A stretch of 64,000 nt of DNA from Azolla caroliniana (GCA_043228905.1 JBHGNT010000022.1:4650001-4714000), one strand, 5' to 3'. Positions 35,999-48,615 are shown, counted from the stretch's first letter. Made by a program: numbers and translations. Notes: generated by a model from the sequence alone, not told the origin.

Positions 35999-38101
35999 AT
36001 GGAGAATCAACAAGAGGCAATGAGCATAACGATGATGATGATGTTCGAGCGGATGCTACAAGAACAACGAGTGATGTCGGAGATCACGGGGGCAGTAAAG
36101 CGGCTCGTACAACGAAACGGACAATTCAACGGAAATGATCTGTCACGCTATCTACGTGACTACAAGGCGGAGATGATACGATGTGGGATACCGGAAGGAT
36201 TGCAAGTGACATCCTTCAATCGGGTGGCCACGGATGAGCTACAAGAGAGAATCCACAAGATACGGCAACAAAACTCGACATGGGGGTCATTCGAAGAAGC
36301 TTTACGAGAGGCATATGATTACAAGAGATCAAAGGGACAAGATCGGCGAAAATTCGACGAATGGGTGGCATCGGAGAAGACCCACCGAAGTGCAACACAA
36401 GCATTCCTAGAGTTCGAGCATCGTTTTGCTCGACTCTCGGAGCGGGAACAACGATTGGTGGGAGAGGATAAAGTCCTAATGTTCGTAAAATCGATCGATC
36501 GAAAAGAAAGGATGGACATCGGGATCGAACTCGAAGACGATGATGGTACGAATGGTCTTACCGAGGATTGGGCTAAAGTCGAAAGGGTATGCCGAAGACA
36601 TGATGAAAGGAAGCTGAGAATCTCGTCAACAACGACATGGCCCATGAAGGATGGTCGATTGAGGAAAAACGATGAAGCCAATATGAAGGCCGAAATACAA
36701 CATGATGGTACCACGGGAGAAAGAGTGGAACAAGACACCCACTCGTCTTGTGAAAGAACGATGGCGAAGGATAAGGCCGATAATTCAAGTGTAGAAGGAA
36801 ATTTCGGGATACAAGTGCCCGAGACATCGGGTCAAAAAGGGGTAAGCATAATAGATGTTTGCATAATTGATGCAGATAAAGAGTGTGAAGCGGATGTGAT
36901 TAAGGAGGTAGCCACAAAAGACGAAATCGAATCGGAGGTGGCTATGGACGAATCAATGGCGGATTGCCATATCGAGACTTCCCCACCACTAATTCCAGAG
37001 ACTCCGGCGGTTGCGTTCGAAAGGCAACGTGAGACCGAAGAGACGGAAGGTGGCGGAGAGAAAACAAAGGTCGAAGTCGATGCATACGACGGAGAGATAG
37101 CCGAGAATATGGCTATGGGTGAAACAATGGAGGATGATAATACCGAGGATTCATGCCAACAATATCTAGAGATTTCGGCGGTTGTGTTTGAGAAGCAACG
37201 TGAGACCGGAGAGACGGGAGGTGGCGGCAAGAAAGGTAAAGTCGGAAGCCAGTTAGGATGGAAGGTGATCCGGACGGGATTCCGATCCGAAAGAAAGCCT
37301 AACCGGGTAAAAGAGGATTCGACCAAAAGTCGACCCGAAAGAAAGCCGAACCGAAAGGAAGAGAATTCGGCCGAAAGACGACACAAACGAAAGCCGAACC
37401 GGGCGAATGAGGATTCGGCCGAAAGACGACCCGAAAGAAAGCCGACCCGAAAAGGGGTCGAATCGGTCAAAACTGATCGACCGAGTCTGACTTGGCCGAA
37501 CGCGAATATGGATGGAAGCCGACCTAACCGAAAGCCGATCGGACGAGACCGATCCGGAAAGAAGCTAATCCGACTCAACCGAAGGTTGGACCGGTCGAGG
37601 CTGGTGAAAACGAGGAAAAGAAAGCCAACCGAAACCGAAACCGATAGATCGAAACCGGGCCGGAAGGAGACCGACTCAATCGAAACCGAGCAACCGATTC
37701 CGATTCGGCCGAATACGAATCCGATCGGAAGCCGATCAAACCGAAAGTCGATCGGACGAGAGCGATCCGGAAAAAAGTCAAGGTTGATGAAGACAAGAAA
37801 GAGGCCAGTAAAAGACACTACCACGAATGACAAGGGCCAAGAATATGACGAGAGAGAACAAAGAATATGGTGGATCGGATGGCGACAATGGTTCGGGTGG
37901 AAAGAATGGGTCTACTCAAAATGGAGAGACAAAGTTGACATAGCGGGACAAACGGAGGATGAAGGGGAGACAACGAGCATCGGCAACTTCGGCACATACC
38001 GGAGGATGTGCGGGTTCGGAGGGGGCGAGTGTCGTAGTGTATTTCGTACACTACGTGAAAAAGTAAAAAATAATATAACCGATTTAATTACATATAAATA
38101 A
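35999..38101 (+). CDS. gag: Intact Gag-derived protein of S, about 700 aa, reading through the PPT into the 3' LTR
   Basis: The N-terminal ~220 aa align with X-clade Gag (GQFNGNDLSRYLRDYKAEM vs GQFGGRNITDFLATYKTEM; DKVLMFVKSID vs DKVLYFLKAVD; NGLTEDW vs NGLITDW). The frame is uninterrupted. Confidence 0.85.
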   Translation: MENQQEAMSITMMMMFERMLQEQRVMSEITGAVKRLVQRNGQFNGNDLSRYLRDYKAEMIRCGIPEGLQVTSFNRVATDELQERIHKIRQQNSTWGSFEEALREAYDYKRSKGQDRRKFDEWVASEKTHRSATQAFLEFEHRFARLSEREQRLVGEDKVLMFVKSIDRKERMDIGIELEDDDGTNGLTEDWAKVERVCRRHDERKLRISSTTTWPMKDGRLRKNDEANMKAEIQHDGTTGERVEQDTHSSCERTMAKDKADNSSVEGNFGIQVPETSGQKGVSIIDVCIIDADKECEADVIKEVATKDEIESEVAMDESMADCHIETSPPLIPETPAVAFERQRETEETEGGGEKTKVEVDAYDGEIAENMAMGETMEDDNTEDSCQQYLEISAVVFEKQRETGETGGGGKKGKVGSQLGWKVIRTGFRSERKPNRVKEDSTKSRPERKPNRKEENSAERRHKRKPNRANEDSAERRPERKPTRKGVESVKTDRPSLTWPNANMDGSRPNRKPIGRDRSGKKLIRLNRRLDRSRLVKTRKRKPTETETDRSKPGRKETDSIETEQPIPIRPNTNPIGSRSNRKSIGRERSGKKSRLMKTRKRPVKDTTTNDKGQEYDEREQRIWWIGWRQWFGWKEWVYSKWRDKVDIAGQTEDEGETTSIGNFGTYRRMCGFGGGECRSVFRTLREKVKNNITDLITYK

Positions 38102-38780
38102 ATAAAATAATATATCAAGATATTTATCACGTGCATAGGGCAGGATTCGAACCTTGTACCTCCACGTAGCCAAACCTCAACTTTACCATTATGCTACCTT
38201 ATCTTTAGTGTTCTATAAATAGATTTAATAACTATAAGTGCTTTATTTGCGCCTACCTTTATTAAAAGGTAAACCATGCATTTTTAGAGTGCGTGAATAT
38301 TTTATAGAAAAACGCAAACAACTAAAAAGTGACTCATGCACATCTAGCGTGCATGAGCACTATATTTAGCAAATAAAAGCAAGGATTAGAAAAGCATCAC
38401 ATGCACATTTAGTGTGCATGAACATATTAGAAAAAAAAGCATGTAGCTATGCTTAGTCTCTCCCATCACTACATAAGGATGGGGAGCACAATGTAATAGT
38501 GTGTGAAATATTTGGAAATTGGATATATTTCCTAAAACACCAACAATCAATAAAATATACTCGTGGGATTCACGAAGTTTAAGATAATCTATCTCTTTCA
38601 ATCTAAATTCATATTCTTACATGAATATTGATTAATGTAATACTTGTGGGATTCACAAGCCTCAAATTCTTCCTCCTCCTAGTCCAAAACCTCGGCGGTT
38701 CCCACCCGACTCACGCAACGATCCGGAGCCGAAAGGCACGACAACGATTCCTGCTTTCTCGCAGCGAACGACGGTAATGG

Positions 38781-41700
38781 ATGACTAGACCAACGCACGA
38801 CTTGGTTACAGACCGAGCTCGACGCCTCGCCGAACGGCAAAGACGGCGTGAGACTTTCCAGCAAGCAGCGCAGGAAATTCGCTCGGATCGTTTGTTCTCC
38901 AACGAGATACGGAGAGTCGTGGAGGAATCTCTCCGGTTACGGCAAACTCGCGACCAGGACGACGGAAGCAGTCTAAGTAGTCTCCGGGAAACAGAACGCC
39001 TCCTGGAGGCACTGGCAAGCGGAGAAAACGAGGCAGAAGCCTTTTCAGCCTACGAATCGGATTCCGAAGGGGGATACAGCGTGCACACGAACTACCGGAG
39101 CAGCAACGATACCCCCGGCGGCCCGGAGGACGACGGGTCGGATACCGTGCCGACTCCAGAACCGGAACCGCTCAACCAGGGCTATCCGGAACCGCAAACG
39201 GAAGCCGTCAACCCACCAACACCGGAAGTGGAAGAAGCAAAACCACTGACACCAACGAAAGAGCCGGCAAAGGTATCGGAAGAAGAGCCGGTGAAGGAAC
39301 CGGAAAAAGCACCGGCAAAAGAACCGGAAGTGGAACCGGAGAGAAAACCCGAAAGTTATCAACAAACGCCACTAAACCGCGGCATAATACTGGACGACGA
39401 CATGCCGTTCCAATACTCAAAGTATCGCGATGATCCGGACGCGGAAGCGCATGTTGATGACTTCGAGCAGACATGGGAAGCAAATCACACGTCCCAGCGA
39501 ATGACACCGGAGGAAGAAGAACGCTCGAAGATAGCGGAATTCGGAGTCACGTTGGAGGGACCAACGACACGATGGCGGCGGTCGCAGGACCCGGCGACCA
39601 TCACAACATTTGCAGAATTAAAAGCAAAATTCTTGCATTTTTTCCACAAGGAGGTCGACCAGACGACAATGGTGGGCCTGTTTTATACGATCCGACAGGA
39701 GGCAGGGGAAAGCATTCCCCAATTCGTCATCCGTTTCCAACGAATGCATAGCCAGCTTGCCCGTGCACCCCCGGAGGAGGAATTACGGACGATATTTTTA
39801 AACGCACTCCGGGAACCGTTACGCACGGTGTGTACGGTGATCGACTTTCGAGGATGCACCATCGATCAGGTCATTGACCGGGTCAGAGAAATGGAAAAGA
39901 CAAGCTCATGGCTTACGCTGGGAACACTGCAACGGGCGTTACCCACCGAGGAAGATCTCCGGTTCCGGCAGGCAATTCAATGCACAATCTGCTTGAATGC
40001 CGGACACTCGGCAGTAGAGTGCACCATGCGCACTCAGTGTGTGATTTGTCAATCCAAGAGTCATACAACGGACCGGTGCGAGTACAACCTGTTAAACCGA
40101 CAAGCACCACCCGTCCGACGGATCGAGCCAAGAAGCAGCCAAGACGAAGATGAAGATCGTTGGCAAAAAATGAACCGGTACCGACCGGCACAGGATGTCC
40201 GGTACGGAGACAGGCAAGATAATGATGGCCGATACGGGAATCGGCGTGATAACTACGACCGGTATGATCGATCGGACCGTTATCGGGAGCCCAACAGACG
40301 ACACGAGCAATACGACAGAGACCATTCCCCTGGTTACCGACGGCACCAGGAGGACTATGGCCGATTTTACGATCCACCACGACCGGACTACCGAAATAAA
40401 AATAAGAATAATAAGAAACGTAATTTCAAGAAAGGTGGTCACCCTAGGGACCCGGAACATGGAACCCCAAGGAGCCAACCGGCACAGAACGCACCACTCG
40501 CTACGGGAACGACTCCGGCTACCAGCAATGCTGAATCCAGCAATACCCGTAAAGAGTACTGCTACTACTGCAGGCAAGAAGGCCACTACAGTAACCAGTG
40601 CCCGGTAAAGAGCTACGAAAAACGACCAGCAGTTAATATGGTGGTTCCGGAAGTGACGGATGTACAGCAAGTAACCACACGGTCGAAAGGCATAGCCAAA
40701 GAGTGGGAAACACAAGAGGCCATACGAAAGCAGGCGACGGAATGGGTGAAGGAAGCCAACGAAAGGAACGTTGTCGTAGTGTATTTCGTACACTACGTGA
40801 AAAAGTAAAAATAATATAACCGATTTAATTACATATAAATAAATAAAATAAGAATATCAAGATATTTATCACGTGCATAGGGCAGGATTCGAACCCTGTA
40901 CCTCCACGTAGCCAAACCTCAACTTTACCATTATGCTACCTTATCTTTAGTGTTCTATAAATAGATTTAATAACTATAAGTGCTTTATTTGCGCCTACCT
41001 TTATTAAAAGGTAAATCATGTATTTTTAGAGTGCGTGAATATTTTATAGAAAAACGCAAGCGACTAAAAAGTGACTCATGCACATCTAGCGTGCATGAGC
41101 ACTATATTTAGCAAATAAAAGCAAGGATTAGAAAAGCATCACATGCACATTTAGTGTGCATGAACATATTAGAAAAAAAGCATGTAGCTATGCTTAGTCT
41201 CTCCCATCACTACATAAGGATGGGGAGCACAATGTAATAGGTGTGTGAAAAATATTTGGGAAATTGGATATATTTCCTAAAACACCAACAATCAATAAAA
41301 TATACTCGTGGGATTCACGAAGTTTAAGATAATCTATCTCTTTCAATCTAAATTCATATTCTTACATAAATATTGATTAATGTAATACTTGTGGGATTCA
41401 CAAGGTTTGATCTCTTTTCTCAATCTACTCTAATCTATTCTAAATTATTTCAATTTATTACTACGATTTAGATAAACTAAAACAATTATACTTGTGGGAT
41501 TCACAAGTTTCTATATCTCTTTCTTATAATCTATTCATATTCATAACTAGATTAGCCTCAAATTCTTCCTCCTCCTAGTCCAAAACCCCGGCGGTTCCCA
41601 CCCGACTCACGCAAACGATCCGGAGCCGAAAGGCACGACAACGTCGCGGACGCGGAACGGCAAAAGGCGAATACCATAGGGAGTGCCGGCGGTAGCCACC

Positions 41701-44700
41701 CAGAAAACGAGACATGGCAAGCACTGCAAGAATGTCAGATCATGTTACCATTAGGAAGACTCTTGCAGCTCGTGCCGCGATTCACAGAAGGACTAAAAAC
41801 GGTCATGACAGACGGTATAGCCCAACCGGCACCAGTCCTCTTCTCGAATCCGGAGGAGGGACCGACGGTGATGGACACTAGTAGTCCGGTGCTCACAGCT
41901 ATTGTCAAAGGGCACGAACTTCCCGGCACAGTAATCGATGGAGGTTCCGGGGTGAACGTAATAAGCCGTCGCACGTGTGATGCCTTGGGTATACATGAAT
42001 GGGAGCCATGTCCGTTCTGGCTACGGATGGCGGATACGAGCTCTGTACGACCGACGGGCTTAATACGGAAATTGGAAGTCACCATAGGAGGTCACACATT
42101 TAACATCTCGGCTGTAGTGCTGCAGCTACAGGCGCAAGGCGCGTACCCACTGTTGCTGGGCAGACCATGGTTGAAAACAGCACACATCAAGCAAAATTGG
42201 CGGAAAAATATGATTACCTTCCGGCGCGGAAAAGCCAAGGTCCGGGTACCGACACAACCACGGACGAGCAACGGTAAGGAATGCACACCGCTGTATGCGG
42301 AATGCGTGAACATGCTTGAAGGGTTGGCAGACTATGAAGAAGCCCAGTACTTGGAGGAACACCCGAAGATCGTACCACTCTTCGAGATTGACGTAGCTGA
42401 AGCTGTAGCCCCATACTTGCCGCAGCGGGACGACACCGAAGCCGAACCAGACAAAGATGCGATTCGGGAATTACGGCAAGCACAGGAAGCCTTGGAACGG
42501 GAAATGGCCGTTTCCCAACGGGTAAAAGCATCCCAGCTAGACGAAGTGAACCTAGGAAGCAAGGACGAATCAAAGCCGGTACACATCGCCAAAGAAATGA
42601 AGCCGGAAGATAAAGGGGCGATGATCAAACTTCTCACGGAGTTTCGCGACGTATTCGCCTGGTCATACGAAGACATGCGAGGGCTGGACCCTCAATTATA
42701 TCAGCATCAGATCCACTTAGGCAAGGACGCGAAACCAGTGGCGCAAAGACGATACCGAATGAACCCCAACTACGCCGCCAAAGTGAAGGAGGAAATCGAC
42801 AAACTCCTAAGAGTGGGCTTCATCCGGCCGGTAAAGAAGGCGACGTGGCTGAGCCCCATCGTCGTCGTCCCAAAGAAGAACGGTAAAATCCGTGTGTGTG
42901 TAGATTACAGGAAACTAAATGCCGCCACAATTACGGATGCATTCCCTCTTCCGTTCACGGATGGAGTACTGGATGCCGTCGCCGGCCATGACGTTTATAG
43001 CTTTTTAGACGGCTTCAGCGGGTACAATCAAATCCGGATGCACCCGGACGACCAGGAGAAGACAGCGTTCGTCACCGAATGGGGGGTGTTTGTGGCCGAA
43101 GTAATGATGTTCGGCCTAAAAACGGCACCAGCAACTTTCCAGCGAATCATCATGGAGATCTTCGGCGAATACATTCCTGCCTTCATGCAGGTTTTCCTGG
43201 ATGATTTTGCAGTCTATAGCCGGGGAAAAGACCATTTGTAGCACCTACGGTTATGCCTTGAAAAGTGTAGGTTATACCGGCTAAGCTTAAACCCAGCAAA
43301 ATGCATCTTTGGGGTTTCAAGTGGAATATTGCTGGGACACATTGTAAGTAAGGAGGGCATTGCGGTCGACCCGGACAAAGTAAACGCCATACTAGGGGCA
43401 CCGGCGCCGAAAACGGCCAAAGCACTAAGCCGATTCTTAGGACAGATCCGGTGGCACAGCCGGATGCTCCGTCACTTGGCTGACTTGGCTACACCATTAC
43501 ACACCGCGGTACATCGGACACCGTTCCAATGGACGGATACGGAGGATAAGGCATACAATGCCCTGAAGGTACTTTTATCGCAGGCACCCGTCGTGCAGCC
43601 TCCGGATTGGAGCAAGGAATTCCATGTGTTCGTGGACGCTTCCGACATCGCTATCGGCAGCGCCTTAATGCAACTTACGGAGCCTAAATGGTACCGGCCG
43701 GTATATTACGCCAGCCGGAAGCTGTCACAAGCGGAGAAGAACTATTCCACGACGGAACGGGAGGCCCTGGGCATGATCTACAGTGTAACAAAGTTTCGTC
43801 ATTACCTATTGGGAAGGAAGTTCTCCTTCCATGTACTTAGTGTCCAAGGCGTCCCTGACCGGTAAGTTGGCCCGTTGGACCTTGCTGTTGCAGGAGTTCG
43901 AATTTGAGATTTTCCACCGGCCCGGTATCCAGCATGCCGTAGCAGACTACCTGAGCCGGTTAGAGTCCGGAGAACCAGGCGACGGAGTAGCGGATGAATT
44001 CCCGGACGCCGAGTTATTCCGTATCACCCCGGAAACGGCAGCGGACGACACGGTGGCATCAGAAGATAGATGGCTGACAAACATGCACCAGTTCCTAAGC
44101 ACGGGCCTGCCACCGGAGGAAATGAACCGGGACGAGAGGAAACGACTGGCGGTGCAGAGCCGCAATTTCTGTCTGTTACGGGACACTCTCTACCACAAAG
44201 GAGCAGATGGAATATGGAGACGGGCAGTCCGTAGTGACGAGAAAGAAGTAATCTTACGGGAAGCACACTGTGGGGTTGCCGGAGGACACTATGCCGGGGA
44301 AGCGACGGCAAGGAAAGTATGGCAGAGCGGCTTATGGTGGCCCACGACGTTAAAAGACGCCGTCAAGTATGCTAAGGAATGTGACCTATGCCAACGAATG
44401 GGCCAGCCTACGAAGCAAGCACGGATGCCACACCAACCGGTACTTCCACTAGAGCCATTCCAGAAGTGGGGGTTGGATTTTGTCGGACCGTTCAAGCCAC
44501 CGGCAATGAGAACGGGTAATCGTTATGTCATCGTGGCAACGGATTATTGCACTAAATGGGTGGAAGCTAAGGCCCTGAGAGACAACACCGCGTCATCCAC
44601 AGCAAAATTCCTGTACGAAAACATTTGGTGCCGATATGGATGTCCGATTGAACAAATCAGTGACCAAGGAGGCCACTTCCTCGGCCAGGTAGTGGAAAGC

Positions 44701-45486
44701 TTAACAACGTTCTATGCCGTGGTCCATAAACGAAGCACACCGTATTACCCACAGGCGAACGGGTTAGCAGAGTCCACCAACAAAACGCTGCAGAACATTC
44801 TCCGCAAAATTGTCAATGAAAACCGGACGGACTGGGACACAAAGCTCCATAGTGCGCTATGGGCGTACCGAACGGCATACAAAACAAGTATCCGGACAAC
44901 GCCGTTCCGCCTAGCATTCGGCTTAGAAGCGGTCATGCCGGTCGAGTTTCAGGTACCAAGCTTACGGATCCAACTACGGGAACGGCTGAATGAAAAGAAG
45001 TCGGAGGAAATGCGGCTAGCAGCACTATGCGAACTGGAGGAGCAACGGCTGGCCAGCATCCTCCACATGGAACTGGAGCAACGACGACGGAAAGCGTTCG
45101 TTGACCGTCACCGGAAAGGTAACGAAAAGATGTTCGAAATCGGAAAGCTGGTTCTAGTATTCCAAACGAGGATGGGCAAAATGCCGGGTAAACTCCGGTT
45201 CAGATGGACAGGCCCGTATTGGCTGACACGGGAATACAACGGGTCCTATCAGATAGGGACACTTGCCGGTGAAGTACTAGGCAAGTGGGTGAACGGATTT
45301 CGACTAAAGCCTTATAAAGGACCGATGCCAAGTAACCCGTTTATGCAGCTCACCGGCACTATACCGGGATCGGTACGGATCGGTCCGGAAGAAAAAGACG
45401 ACGGGAAACCCGTAGCAGAGACGAAGGAAGACACGGCAACCCGTAAGGAAAACGGTAAGGGTTCGAAGGGACCTACGGATGTGTAA
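38781..45486 (+). pseudogene. gag-pol: G-C gag-pol, interrupted by the solo LTR at 40772-41640
   Basis: ORFs 38781-, 41742-43241, 43329-43865 and 43831-45486 contain three CCHC knuckles, VIDGGSG, VFLDDF, RH and IN. There is one stop and one small deletion/frameshift. Confidence 0.95.
40772..41640 (+). mobile_element. Solo LTR of family S (869-bp variant with extra GTGGGATTCAC repeats)
   Basis: TSD ACGT/ACGT; near-identical to 35247-35960. Confidence 0.95.
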
Positions 45487-45863
45487 GGTCACACACCGTC
45501 ATTAAAAAAATAAAATAAAATAAAATAAAATATATATCATTAAAAATCGAGGTATGAACGGACGTGAAAGCAAGGCGCGAAAAGGTACGTAGTGGGCATT
45601 TAAGAGCCGCCACGTACTTAATACTAAATCGGTACACGACGTGCGCATGCTCGAAAAAAGGCGCCAAGACGCACAGAGAAAAAGAAGAGCGCATGGAGAC
45701 CTTCTTTTTTCGCGAGCCAAGAAGCACAGAAGCACCAAGGCAGTGGAAGCTGAGCAAACGCGAACCTGCACGCAGAGAACCCCCGCGCTCAGAACGCTCT
45801 CTCTCTCGCTCTCACTCTCATCACCACTCTACTTCGCCATCTTCCCTCGACCTAGAAGCAGAC

Positions 45864-48563
45864 ATGGAACCACAAACGCTGTCGGAAGCGGCCAGGAAAT
45901 GGTTCAGGCAACACGGACTGGAGGGGTTCTTGGCCATCATGGAGGCACCGCCGCACAGAGAAGTCGACCGGGTCATCAAGGAGCTCGCCACAGAGGTCAT
46001 CACCGAGGAAGCGATCCGCGCGCTAACAGGCCTTCCGGAGGGAGGAATCTTTCAGATCGATAACCCAACCTCGGAGCAACTCATCCGATATTTCGGTGAG
46101 TACTCTGTTGCCGGCAAAGGCTATCGGACGCAGGGCGGCGAAGATCCGTTATTCAGGGAGATAGCTCGAGTGCTCCATGAGTACGGTCACGTGTACCCCC
46201 GACCCCCTGTCATGCCAAAAAATCGGGCAGGGATGATCATAGCCACCTATGAAGGGGTCAAGGTGGACTGGCCGGTGTTGATTGCAGACGGTTTGTGCAT
46301 GGCAATCGACATGGTACGAGGAAAGGACGGCAAGGAGGGCCGGAAGCTGTGGCACGCCGTAGCTCAATGGATAACATTGCTCGTGCCGCCGGTCGAGACC
46401 GTCCAGCCAAAGAAGCGGCCAAGAGTATCAGAAGGAAGCACCTCGAAGCCGGCGTCCAAACGACAGCAGCTGCTGGCGTCAAAGGCGACGAAAGGGAAGA
46501 AACGGGTCCCAGAACCGGAGGAGGTGTCACCGGTCCCACCCGTCAAGATAACCATACGGAGACCGGGACAGAAGGAACCGGAACCCTTGACGGCACAGAA
46601 ACATGCCGTGACACAGGAAGAGGAAACGGAGGAGCCAGAAGAGCACCTCCAACGACGGTCAAGAAGTAGGACCGCCGAGACAGGAGGGGAGCGGTCGTAC
46701 CCGCGAGAGGCAGAAACGCCCCCAACTCAACCTGAGCAAACCACAAGGGAGGAACCGGAACCGGTGCGTAGGGAACCGGTCTTGTCGACTTCTATAGAAG
46801 AAGTCATTCCAACGGCTCCAGAGACGGCGAGAACCGGAACTCAACAGCCGGCGAGCCCAGCCAGCACACACGGCGGCCAAGGAGTAGAACCAGAACGGCA
46901 TATGCAGGCACTCAGGCCAGACAATTCCACAGTGAATGAGCCGACCCGACCAGTACAGCAACAAGGCACCAGTAGCATGTGGCTACGGTGGGTAGGCGAG
47001 CAAATCGCCGGAGTGGTCGAATATATAGAGGCGGAAGAGAGAGCGCACCAGGAACGGTTGCTCGTCACAACCGTAGATCTAGAAACGGCCCGGTCCAGAA
47101 TCCGGAGCCTTGAACAAGACTTGGACAGGGTCACAAGGGAAATGGCTCAATTCGCTTTGACAACACAAGTCCAAGCACCGGTGACTCAAGCCAATGTACA
47201 GAATAAAGCGGCAGATCAACCTGTACATAGCAATCAGACCCCGGCAACGGAAACCGTTCCGGAGAGAAATGCGGCACAAGCCCAAGAGCTTGCGGATTTA
47301 AAGGATGAGCTAGCTGCCCAAGAAGCGCTGAGGAGCCGCGAAAGAGAATTGAAGACGGCAGCGGAGGCAGAACTCAAAAAGACTGCTGAGAATCTACGCC
47401 GGGCCGAGGAGAGCTTACGGAAAGGCCACCAAGCGTACGACCGGCTCAAGGAGGAGAAGGAGAAAATGCTGCAAGAGAAGGAGAGGCTCCGGAGGAACGC
47501 CGAAACAGAAGTAGAGCGCCTGAAAGAGGAACTCCGGCAGGTAAAGGACCGGGAGGACCAGAACCATCGCCAGATCAACGGCAAGCTCAAACAAAAAACG
47601 GAGGAATTTGAGCAATTGCACCGGGAGTATAAACGGTTGCAAACGGAGCACAAGGAACGGACGGATGAGCTCCGGCAAGCAGTTGATCGGACCGCAACCG
47701 CATTCGCCAAGGAACAAGCGGAAAACAGAAGACGGTTGGAAGAGGCGGAGAAGGTTCGGACAGAGCTCCTCAGGCAATAGCAGGAGGAAAAAGAAAGAGC
47801 GGCGGAGGTACTGCAGAGGCTGCAAACGACATATCAAGGGCAGCTGACACGCTACAGAGAGCAGGCGGAGGATACGGCAAATCTCATCAAGCAGTTGAAG
47901 GAGGAGCGACAAGTTGTGGAAAGCAGAGCACAAATGGGAGCAAGTCGCATCCAGGATATCATGCGGGCCTGGTTGAACCAGACCAAGAGCTTGATTGACA
48001 ACGGGTCCGTCAAATGGTGGACCAAGTGGGCCACGAATGCGGCGGAACTCCAACTGCTCCGGGCTGACGTAGAAAACCGGCGGAAGGAGGGAGATGACTG
48101 CTATATGCTGAATTCTGAAGACTTCACCGGCATAAGAGATGAGCTGGCCGAAGACTTTCAGGCCTTGGCAGAGGACCAACTAGAGCAAGTCCGGCAACTT
48201 GTAGCTCAGCTGGACGACGACAGGTTGGAAGCGCAGATCCAGTTTGAAAGCTACGAGAGGTCCCGGATCCGGGGAGAGAAAGAACGAGAACCGGTTACGG
48301 TCAACCTCAGTGATGAGGAACCGTTACTGGAAGGAGACCGGACCGGAAGCAGTCAAACGGAGATGCCGGAGTCAGAGAGACAAACGGAGCAGCCGGAGTC
48401 AGCGAAACAAATGGAGCAGCAGCAGCAAGCAGAGCAGCCGGAGCAGCCTCAGTCCCAACCGCAACCACAGCAGCAGCAGCAAGCACAGCCGCAACAACCA
48501 CAACCGGAAGAACAAGTGGAAATTCTTGAACAAAGTATTTTGGACAATTTGGGTGAACAATGA
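45864..48563 (+). pseudogene. G-C extra ORF3 (about 900 aa, one internal TAG at 47778-47780)
   Basis: ORFs 45564-47780 and 47895-48563 are in one frame, contain a long coiled coil, and are conserved in three elements. Confidence 0.85.
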
Positions 48564-48575
48564 AGGGGCCGAGAA

Positions 48576-48613
48576 GGGTTCGACGTACAAGGTACTGTCC
48601 CACGGGCGTGCCA
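48576..48613 (+). other. tRNA-3'-end-like sequence (inverted PBS) at the PPT position of G-C
   Basis: GGGTTCGA-[13 nt]-GTCCCACGGGCGTGCCA, then TG, then the LTR. Confidence 0.72.
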
Positions 48614-48615
48614 TG

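Larger units (their letters stand above)
35247..38743 (+). mobile_element. Non-autonomous gag-only LTR retrotransposon S (3.5 kb)
   Basis: 4-bp TSD ACGA. Apparently identical 714-bp LTRs at 35247-35960 and 38030-38743. PBS-Trp at 35965-35980 and PPT GGAGGGGGCGAG at about 38018-38029. No PR, RT or IN. Confidence 0.95.

Noticed and set aside
36832-37833. 333-aa minus-strand ORF in element S
   Set aside because: It is the antisense shadow of the purine-rich sense ORF and has no recognisable motifs.
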